From assembly GCA_963836075.1 (NCBI GenBank), contig CAWIIB010000001.1, positions 1,760,001 through 1,824,000 of the forward strand: 64,000 nucleotides of DNA. The letters run 5' to 3'. Origin of the DNA: an uncultured Acidobacteriota bacterium. GTDB taxonomy: Bacteria; Acidobacteriota; JAQAZP01. The translations under genes and the position numbers were made by a program. Numbering within the stretch: the stretch's first letter is position 1; every line of letters begins with the position of its first letter. Positions 28,901-36,407 of this stretch are shown here, piece by piece. The notes under the pieces were generated by a model. It was not told where the DNA came from. It saw only the letters and a list, made by a program, of their open reading frames with translations, and searched no databases.

Positions 28901-29850
28901 GACTGCGAGGTGTAGCAGCCGATGCCATGGTCGGTCATCAGCAGTTCGCCCTTGTAGCGCGGCAGCCGCTCCAGCTGTTCCGGGGTCAGGTCGCGCACCA
29001 GCTGGTCCGATGCGGCGCTGATCACGGTGAGCGGGCCGTCGCTTCCCAGGCTGGCCTGGAGCCAGGCCACCGACTCGTCGGTGGGCGCCCCGCCCCGGTC
29101 GCCGGTGCCGAAGTAGCGGGCGGCGGCGTAAATCCCCGAACTCTCCCCCTGCTCCATGGCGGTGGACAACCACTTCTCGTCATGGCTCAGGTCGCTCTTG
29201 ATCTTGCTCACGTATTCGCCGGGGTTGAGCACCGCCAGCAAGGTGGAGCCGTCCACCCCCTCCCAGAGCCCGATGGGGAAGGGCGTACCCACCGACGAGC
29301 CCCAGGTCAGCTTCTGGGTGGAGAACATGTCGACACCGCAGTGGTTGGCGATGGCGGGCAGGGCATAACCGAAACCGAAACAGTCGGGGAGGAAGACATC
29401 GCGGCTGGTCTTGCCGAACTCGCGTTTGAAAAACCCGTTGCCGTAGAGCGCGTGACGGACCAGCGACTCCGGTGAGGGCACGTTGACGTCCACCGCGTCG
29501 AGCCAGCTGCCGGCCACCCGCCAGCGGCCCTGCTCGACGTAGCCGCGCAGCCGTTCGTACTCTTCGGGGTAATACTCCTTGATCAGCTGGTAGCGGAAGG
29601 CGCCCTCAAAGCTGAAAACGTAGTCGGGGTACTTCTCGAAGAGAGCGAAGTTGTCGTGCAGCGTGGCCGGGAGATACTCGTCGATGGTGGTGCGGATATC
29701 CCAGCGCCACTGAGTGTCCAGGTGGGCCGTGCCCACCACGTAGAGCTTCGGGGCCTCCACGGCATCCTGGGCCGTCACGGCCCCGGCGGCCAGGACCGGC
29801 ACACAACAGATGATGAACAGCACGCGCACGGCGTTGCCCGATCGGAACAT
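25915..29850 (-). CDS. GH38 alpha-mannosidase with FN3-associated (chitobiase C-terminal-like) and PA14 domains
   Basis: AHLDTQWRW, FLPDCFG, QFHDDLTGTS. EIRYTLDGSDP module. PA14-like YTIGLNSDDGSRLLLNG..NDGLH. Confidence 0.93.
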   Translation of the reverse strand: MFRSGNAVRVLFIICCVPVLAAGAVTAQDAVEAPKLYVVGTAHLDTQWRWDIRTTIDEYLPATLHDNFALFEKYPDYVFSFEGAFRYQLIKEYYPEEYERLRGYVEQGRWRVAGSWLDAVDVNVPSPESLVRHALYGNGFFKREFGKTSRDVFLPDCFGFGYALPAIANHCGVDMFSTQKLTWGSSVGTPFPIGLWEGVDGSTLLAVLNPGEYVSKIKSDLSHDEKWLSTAMEQGESSGIYAAARYFGTGDRGGAPTDESVAWLQASLGSDGPLTVISAASDQLVRDLTPEQLERLPRYKGELLMTDHGIGCYTSQSAMKRWNRQNELLADAAERAAVAAHWLGGAEYPRETLREAWTRFLAHQFHDDLTGTSIPEAYVHSWNDQLISLNQFAAVLTDSVAAVSRALDTEVEGTPLVVYNPLAGSREDVVEAEVRFPGGAPPFVRVYGTDDDGAYEYEVPSQILSTEGDTVRLVFIAPVLPVSFSVFDVRPADAPCALDTGLLVNEQGLENRRYRVSVDDNGDIASIFDKELGRELLAGPLTLQLLDNEPEEWAAWEIDYADLMAEPREVVTGPMEIGAVESGPARVVLEIVRRAGGSEFIQRVSLAAGGAGSRVEVDNLIQWKSPGTLLKAVFPLAVEQATATYDLGVGTIQRGVNKEQLYEVPAQQWVDLGAPNNDGGVALLTDSRYGWDRPAENTLRLTLLHTPRVNDRWGWIDDQKSQDLGSHRLGFAVVGHPDSWFFTGVVPSYEAAKFNQPLMAFRVPKHPGPLNREFSLLRSSTRHAAIQAVKLAEDDDRVVVRLLDKTGQGLDNVQVAMPAAPVRSFAELNGVEEPLEDERDGRGMLRVSRLAPCQLRTFAIEPGEPPVTLDPPQSRPLDLPFNSDGVSLDSGRTDGDFDGRGNSISGDLLPDKVVREGITFAMGRDRAGARNVVECRGQKIPLPAGGWNRLYLLAAAVDGGRTAAFSIDDRVEERWIEDWASPVGQWDSRLHGDLLVHDPEQILPAYINETPVAWVGSHRHGPDGENQSYTFTNLFRYELVLPPGARMLTLPDDPAVKLLAVTVAVNPNAEVVPAWPLYDRTERSGVVVETEARAFTDSLEVVLSSPNRGAEIRYTLDGSDPAENAMLYKGPIVVAEPAQLRARAFAPGLDSSFVARAEFRKLEPQPGVTAEPTSDGLDCRYFEGDWEKLPDFGTITPDRTAVLPTVSLPDDARDVNFGVTLEGYLRVSVEGVYTIGLNSDDGSRLLLNGEEVIANDGLHGSREVKAELALAPGLHSLAIEYFQDGVDAVLELWWSGPETSRQQVPAEALCH

Positions 29851-29985
29851 ATCCCGCTCCCCTTTCCACTGCTGACAGGCCGGCCGTTCCGGCCGGCCAG
29901 GGAAAAAACTGGCACAAATTCGACCCGGATAGCGTAGAGTATTGAGGATACCAATTTCAAACGGGTTTTCCGGAGGAGGGACAGG

Positions 29986-30558
29986 ATGGAGCAGCTGGTG
30001 GGGATCTGTATCGGCATCGGCCTCAGCGCGGCCAGTGGTTTCAGGCTTTTCGTGCCTTTTCTCGCCCTGGGCATCGCCAACCGGATGGGCTTCATACCGC
30101 TGGGAGAAAGTTTTCAGTGGATGGGCAGCCTGCCGGCGATCACCGCCTTTTCCGTAGCCCTGCTGCTGGAAGTGGGAGCCTACTACATCCCCTGGCTGGA
30201 CAACCTGCTGGATACCATTGCCACCCCTGCAGCGGTGGTGGCCGGGACCCTGCTCACCTACTCCCTGGTGGGAGACATTTCGCCGTTCTTCAAGTGGTCC
30301 ATGGCCCTGGTCGCCGGCGGCGGCGTGGCCGGCACGGTGCAGACCGGCAGCGTGGCCGCCCGGGGCACCTCCTCGGCGTCCACCGGGGGTGTGGGCAATC
30401 CGGTGCTCTCCACCGTCGAACTGGGCGGCTCGGTCTTCCTCTCCATCCTCTCGCTGCTCGTCCCGCTGGTGGCCATGATCCTGGCCCTGGTCCTCTGCTT
30501 CTTCCTCCTGCGCACCTCGCTGCGCTTCTTCCGCCGCCGGCGGGCCACCATCGCCTGA
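29986..30558 (+). CDS. DUF4126-family membrane protein
   Basis: GIGLSAASGFRLFVP, AYYIPWLDNLLD, TGGVGNPVLSTVE. Several TM helices, GGAGG RBS. Confidence 0.85.
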   Translation: MEQLVGICIGIGLSAASGFRLFVPFLALGIANRMGFIPLGESFQWMGSLPAITAFSVALLLEVGAYYIPWLDNLLDTIATPAAVVAGTLLTYSLVGDISPFFKWSMALVAGGGVAGTVQTGSVAARGTSSASTGGVGNPVLSTVELGGSVFLSILSLLVPLVAMILALVLCFFLLRTSLRFFRRRRATIA

Positions 30559-30583
30559 GTTTCGCCGGACGATCCCCGTACAG

Positions 30584-30610
30584 AAAAAGGGCCCGGGAAA
30601 ACCCGGGCCC
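30584..30610 (-). terminator. Rho-independent terminator of the C25 protease gene
   Basis: GGGCCCGGG-TTTT-CCCGGGCCC followed by TTTTT on the minus strand, 30 nt after the stop at 30641. Confidence 0.8.
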
Positions 30611-30640
30611 AGGAATGCTCGCTTCAGGTGATGCCCCGTC

Positions 30641-33569
30641 CTACTTCATCGAGCCAACCACCGTGCAGGCATCGCTGTCGGTGTCGCCGGAGGGAGCGAA
30701 GGGCGGCTGGTTGTAGGGAGCGGGTGTCACGTCAACACCGATCAGGGTGAAGACGTTGCTGCCCACCAGGGAAGCCAGGCCAGGCAGGCTCTGGTTCCAC
30801 ACGTTGCTGTATGTCTCGCCGGCGCTGAGATTGGTCCAGCCGGCACGCCAGTTGGTATAGGGGGTGCCGTTGCCGATCACCATGTCGATCCGGCCGGCGG
30901 CCCGGCGGTTCTCACTGGTCAGGTTGGCCAGCGACACCGCCATCTGGGTGGCAAAGGGCAGCACGCCACTGTCCGGGGTGCAACCGATGGTCACCTGCAC
31001 CGTGTCGGTGGGCTGGGTGCTGCCGGCGCCGAGGCCCCAGATCTCCACGTCGTCGATGTTCCAGCCGGAGTAGGCCCAGGCGCCGGTGGAGGCCACCCGG
31101 TGACCCCAGCGGAGGTAGACAGTGGCTTCGCCGTCGGCCATGGACGAAAGGTCGAACACCTGCTCGGACCACGAGCTGTCAGCCACAGTGCTGGTGCCGT
31201 TGTCCCACAGCGGGGACCAGCTGCTGCCGTCCACCGACGCTTCCAGCGTCTGGTAGACGTAGGTCTGGTAATCGGAGTTGAGCCAGCGTTGGAACTTGAG
31301 GCTCACCTGGGTGAACTCGCTGCAGTCGATTGCCCCGGTGGTCAGGTACTGGTAGCTGCCCACGACGTTGGCGTAGTCGCCGTTGAGGTTGATGCCGCAG
31401 ACGTTGGCCCCGCTGGCACCCGACGTCGGGTCGGGGTTGCCGTAGGAGGCGCCGCCGCCGCCGGTGGGCACGCCATAGGCCCATTCACCGGCCATGGTCC
31501 AGCCGGGGTTGCTGTCCATGTTCCACTCGGTACTGCACCACCGGCACGCCCACCGTCAGCTGGGAGGTGCGGGTGCAGTCGCCGTCATGGTTGGTGGTGT
31601 TGACGAAGTCCACGTCACCGAAGTAGTCGCCGTTGTCCAGCGAGCTGGCGCTGGCGTTTATCGAGACGGTCACCGTGGCGGTGCCCAGGGCGGGGATGGT
31701 GCCGCCGGTGCTGCTGATGTCGAGCCAGGAGGTGCTCTCGCTCACCGTGTAGTTCAGCGCGTAGGTCTCGTAGTTGGTCAGAGTGTAGACCAGGCTGCCC
31801 GGGGTGAAGGGGCCGCCGTTCTCGCCCTCGGCCACCAGGCCGCCGCCGGGGCTGACCTTCATCCCGGTGGGCGGGGCGGTGGTGCCCACCACCCGCAGCG
31901 ACGGGTCGCCGAAGACGTGCCAGGTGTCATACATGCTCACGCCGCCGGAACCGTATTCGTCGATCATCGAGCAGGAACCGGCAAAGCAGAGGGCGCCGTA
32001 AGTGTTGTACGTCCCGGCCAGATACGCGGCGTTGAAGTGGTCCTGGCCTTCCATGGGCGGGTCCCAGGACTGGTTGATCGAGCTCATGTAGGTCCCCACC
32101 GCGCCGGTGGGCTCGCTGCCGTTGGTCGCCCGCAGCCAGGCCTCGGCGAAGCAGGTGTAGCCGTCGAACTGGCCGTTGACACAGGCCACCGAGACGATGA
32201 AGGGCAGCAGGTTGTCGTTGGTCAGCGCATTGACGTTGCTGTTGGAGAAGCCGGTGGTGCTCCAGGAGGTGGTGGAGCCGTGGCCGCAGTAGTTGATGAT
32301 TCCGCGGCCGGCGTTGAGACCGCTGGTCACCTGGGCCGCCGTTCCGCTGGGGTCGTAGATCTGGTCCACCAGGGTGTAGTCGCCGGCCAGCATGTCGGTG
32401 CGGATGTTGTTCAGGTGCTCGTTGTCATACTCGCCGTCGTCGCCGGGACCCTGGTTGGAGGCCACGCCCATGCCCTGCCAGAACCAGCTCTCCGTGGTGT
32501 ACTGGCTTTCTTCATACTCCACGGTGCGCAGCACCTGAGTGTCCACGTCGGCCGCCGTCTCGGCGGAGAACCGGCCGACAAAGATGTCGGGGTAGTCGTC
32601 GCCGCCGGCCACCTTGGCGTAGCTGGGGTCGGAGGAACCGCCCGAGGCCGACGGCGTGTCCACCTGGGCCCCGTCACCCACCAGCAGCACAAAGGCCAGG
32701 TCGCTGGTGTTGTAGGCGTTCTGAATGTAGTTGGTGATGGCGGTGGCGTTGTTGCCGATGGTGGATACCGGCACCACGGTGGCCGGGATGCCGATGGAGG
32801 TCTTGTGGTCGGCCAGCACCTGGGCATTTGAGGTCCAGGCATCGTGGCAGATGATCAGCATGTCGCCGGCCTCGTCCAGCGGATCGTAGCGGCCGTCGAG
32901 GTTGTAGTTGATGAAGTGGCCGCCATAGATGTCGTGGAACGAACCGTTGAGCTTTCTCTGGTAGGACCGCTCCAGCACGTTCACCTGGCCCGGGCCGTCA
33001 GCGACCACTTCCACGGTCATCGAGGTGTAGACGCGGAGTACGTGAAGCACCGGGTTGTACTGGAAGGGGTTCACCGTCACCACCACGCCGCGGTGGTCGC
33101 GCATGATATAGGGCTCGCGCAGCTGCGCCAGGTCGGCGGGCCAGAAGGCGTTCTCCTGGTAGGCCTTGCCAAAGGTGTAGGGCACGCTGTCCTTGTCCAC
33201 GGTGCGGGGAACGAATCCCTTGGAGGGCGCCACGTCCACGTCACTGATCTCGTAGTAGCGGCTGTCCAGCACGCGCAGGGCCATCTTCGCGTTGTCAGGG
33301 ATGATCACGCTGCGCGACACGTCGGGCAGCGCCGGCAGGCCGGCCTCGTGCTTCAGGCTCTCCCGGCCCAGCTCGAGGACCATCCAGGGCTCTCCGTCGA
33401 TGCGGACGGCGCTGCGGGTGAACTGGTCGAAACTGTATTCCACCACCACGCGGTCAGCGCTGTTCTCCAGGACGGTGACGTCAACCGACTCGCCGGCCCA
33501 GGCGCCGGCAGTGATCAACGCCGCCAGCAGCAGACAGAACGAAAAGAGTGCGGGATACCTTCTACTCAT
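30641..33569 (-). CDS. Gingipain-like C25 cysteine protease: propeptide + catalytic domain + Ig-like + jelly-roll domain + PYNQPP C-terminal domain; one +1 frameshift (about 975 aa corrected)
   Basis: Signal peptide, propeptide (LPDVSRSVIIP, APSKG, PYIMRDHRG, PFQYNPV), FVLLVGD, catalytic NYCGHGS and SVACVNG, WHVFGDPSL. Removing one base at 31529-31530 joins 31485..33680 to 30641..31519 (VQYEWNMDSNPGW). Confidence 0.9.
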
Positions 33570-33747
33570 GTGGGAAGCCTCCAGAAAAATTGGAAATGAT
33601 GACCCGAAAAATCGTAACCAAACACAGATCCAGGGGCCGGGCCGGGGAAACAGAGTGGCACGGCCGGACAACGGGGACATCCGGATATCGGTCAGGTTGT
33701 GGCTGCCCCGCTGCGCGGAACCGGCACATCCCGTCCGGAATAGTTAC

Positions 33748-33776
33748 AAATTAAGGTCAAAATTATCATTAGTCAA
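33748..33776 (-). promoter_or_regulatory. Candidate sigma70 promoter for the C25 protease gene
   Basis: TTGACT-17 nt-TAATTT on the minus strand in an AT-rich intergenic stretch. Confidence 0.5.
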
Positions 33777-33980
33777 CAGCTTTTCATCCATTTAGCTGCC
33801 GACCATCAACAAGGTGTTGATTCGCGGGCGGTTGTCAATCCCGCCTGATTGGAGGGAATGCTAAGAATCCACAAATCCGGATCTCGGATCCCGCAACCGC
33901 TTGCTTGCAAAGACCCTGCGAAGCTGGCACCATCCCAGAAAACAAGGGACCGAAACCGACCGCCTGAGGATCCGAATTCG

Positions 33981-35534
33981 ATGAAAAAAACTCTTGTCGC
34001 CATCTTCTTTGTCGCCCTGGCCGCCGTCTTCATCGTTCTCATATTCAAGCCCGGCCTGCTGGACCGTCTCCAGCAGCCGGAACGGACTGATCAGCAGGAA
34101 GAGGCATCCCCGGTGGATCAGCCACCGGAGCAGGCCCCTCCCCCACCCGCCGCCGTGACCGCTGAAAAAAAGAGCACCGCAAGACCGCAGGAACCTGCCG
34201 CGGCCGCCGTTCTGCTGGACCAGCTCACCGGCCGATCGGTCTATGTCAACGGGACCGACCAGGCGGGCCGCGAGCGCTGCCAGGTTCCCCCGGGGCGGAC
34301 GGTGGTGGTCACCTGGGACAGGGCGGGCCACGGCTATTCCCACGAGCTGATCGAGGCCCGGGCCGGAGAGACGGTGTCGCCCCGGGCAACTCTGGAGAGG
34401 GTCACCCCTGCCCCGGCCTGGAACGGGTTCCAGGGTGGGGCATCCAGGACCGGGCTGGCCGATGCCGAGGCCCGGGATGGATTCACGCTGCGCTGGGAGG
34501 GCCGGGTGGAGGACGAGGTTTGCTCTTCGCCGGTGATCCGGGGCGGCACGGCCTTCCTCGCCTCGGACACCTGTTTTGTCCGGGCGTTGGATCTCGCCAG
34601 CGGCGCACTGCTCTGGTCCCACGGCACCGTGGGCTCCAAGGTCAACCCGGTGGTGGCGGGGGATTTCGTGTTCGGCGGCAACGACGTGGGCCGCTTCGAA
34701 GGGTTCCGGACATCCAAGGGCAAACTGAAAGGGACAGCCAGTCTGGGCAGCGGACTGTCCGGACTGGCCAGGGTGAACGACGACCTGCTGCTGGCCGCCA
34801 CCAGCGGCGGCATGCTGCTGGCCGTGCAGACCAGGAAGAGTATGGTGGGTCGCCTGCCGCTGAAATTCAGTTGGGAGGTCACCGTTCCCGGGTTTGGCGG
34901 TTCCACGGCCACGCCGCTGGTTCTGGGAGACCGGGCCATCCTGCAGACCGCGCAGGGGCAGCTGCTGGCCCTCTCCATCTCCGATGGCAGCATGATCTGG
35001 CCCGCCGGACTGCAGACCACGGAGGGCGCGGTGGCCGGTCCGGATCCCGACTCCAACATGACCTTCCGCTTCGCCGGAAGCCAGGGGTTCCTCACCCCGA
35101 CGCCGGCGGCGGAGCAGGGGGTGATCTACGCGGCACACGGCGACCGGATCAGGGCGGTGCAGACCGACGACGGCGCGCTGCTCTGGGAGCGGGAGATCGG
35201 CAGCAGCGTGGCCTCGTCGGTTTCCCTGGCCTGGGGCACCATCTACCTCGGCTGCACCGACGGCACGGTCCGTGCCTTCAGCTGCCGGGACGGGCTGCCG
35301 CTCTTCCGGGCCAGCATGGGCCAGGGTCCGATCTTCGCCTCGCCGGTGCTCTTTGACGGGCAGTTGCTGGCGGCCACCGGGGAGGGGAAACTGGTCCTGC
35401 TGAACGCCTTCAGCGGCGCCGTGCTGGCCGAGGACAGCAGACTGGCCGGCACGCCCATCGACGCCACCCCGGCCGTCTGGCCCGGCGGCATCCTGGCCGT
35501 CAACCGCGACGGCAAAATGGCATGTTTTGAGTAG
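33981..35534 (+). CDS. Membrane-anchored PQQ-like (BamB-type) beta-propeller protein
   Basis: N-terminal TM anchor and Pro/Gln linker, WNGFQGGASRTG, repeated SSPV...ALDLASGALLW blades. Confidence 0.8.
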   Translation: MKKTLVAIFFVALAAVFIVLIFKPGLLDRLQQPERTDQQEEASPVDQPPEQAPPPPAAVTAEKKSTARPQEPAAAAVLLDQLTGRSVYVNGTDQAGRERCQVPPGRTVVVTWDRAGHGYSHELIEARAGETVSPRATLERVTPAPAWNGFQGGASRTGLADAEARDGFTLRWEGRVEDEVCSSPVIRGGTAFLASDTCFVRALDLASGALLWSHGTVGSKVNPVVAGDFVFGGNDVGRFEGFRTSKGKLKGTASLGSGLSGLARVNDDLLLAATSGGMLLAVQTRKSMVGRLPLKFSWEVTVPGFGGSTATPLVLGDRAILQTAQGQLLALSISDGSMIWPAGLQTTEGAVAGPDPDSNMTFRFAGSQGFLTPTPAAEQGVIYAAHGDRIRAVQTDDGALLWEREIGSSVASSVSLAWGTIYLGCTDGTVRAFSCRDGLPLFRASMGQGPIFASPVLFDGQLLAATGEGKLVLLNAFSGAVLAEDSRLAGTPIDATPAVWPGGILAVNRDGKMACFE

Positions 35535-35555
35535 AATGGATGGGGAGACTGAACC

Positions 35556-36314
35556 ATGAACCTGCACGGGGTATTTCAGAGCGGCGACGCCGCTCCACAG
35601 CCGGAGGATGGTGACCGCTACGACGTGATGGTCTTCGGCGCCCACCCCGATGACGCCGAGATGGCCATGGGCGGGACCATGATCCGGCTCACCGACGCGG
35701 GATACCGCATGCTCAGCGTCACTCTGACCAAAGGCCAGATGAGCACCCGGGGCAGTGTGGAAGAGCGGATGAAGGAGTTCGAGGCCGCGTCAAAGATCGT
35801 TGGCTGCGACGGCCTGGCCCTCGATTTCATGGACACCGAGGTGACCAATACCCCCGCGAAACGTAAAGAGATCGCCGCCCTGATCCGCCGCCACCGGCCG
35901 AAGATCGTCTTCGCCCCCTACCACACCAACCCCTATGGCGAGCTGTGGGGCATCGCCAACGTGGACCACTACGCCACCGGCGGGCTGGTGCGGGACGGGT
36001 CCAAGATGGCCCGGCTGGACAAGGTGGTGCCCGACCTGCCGCCGCACCAGATCGACCAGCTCTACTTCTACATGCTGCCGCGGGACGTCCACCCCATCAT
36101 GCTGGTGGACGTGAGCGACGTGATCGAGCGGACCTTCGAGGCGATCCGCTGCTACCGGTCGCAGATGGGGCTGGTGATCAGCGGCAACCGCATCGAGGCC
36201 ATCCTGCACGCCATGCGGGCCCACCCGGGCATCGCCATCGGCGCCGAGTATGCCGAGGGGTTCACCACCGAACTGCCGCTGCGTATGGACGCCGACCTCT
36301 TTTTCCAAGTTTGA
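35556..36314 (+). CDS. PIG-L family N-acetylglucosaminyl deacetylase (BshB1-like)
   Basis: FGAHPDDAE, IRRHRPKIVFAP, DH motif, YAEGF. Confidence 0.85.
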   Translation: MNLHGVFQSGDAAPQPEDGDRYDVMVFGAHPDDAEMAMGGTMIRLTDAGYRMLSVTLTKGQMSTRGSVEERMKEFEAASKIVGCDGLALDFMDTEVTNTPAKRKEIAALIRRHRPKIVFAPYHTNPYGELWGIANVDHYATGGLVRDGSKMARLDKVVPDLPPHQIDQLYFYMLPRDVHPIMLVDVSDVIERTFEAIRCYRSQMGLVISGNRIEAILHAMRAHPGIAIGAEYAEGFTTELPLRMDADLFFQV

Positions 36315-36407
36315 ACCGGGGGTCAGCCCCGAGCCCCCGGCAGGTAGCGGCAGACCGCCGCGTCGCAGGCTGCGCCCGCTCGCGTTGACAACGGGTGACG
36401 ATCCCGC

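Noticed and set aside
33861-35645. 594-aa minus-strand ORF
   Set aside because: Antisense shadow of the PQQ-like propeller gene.
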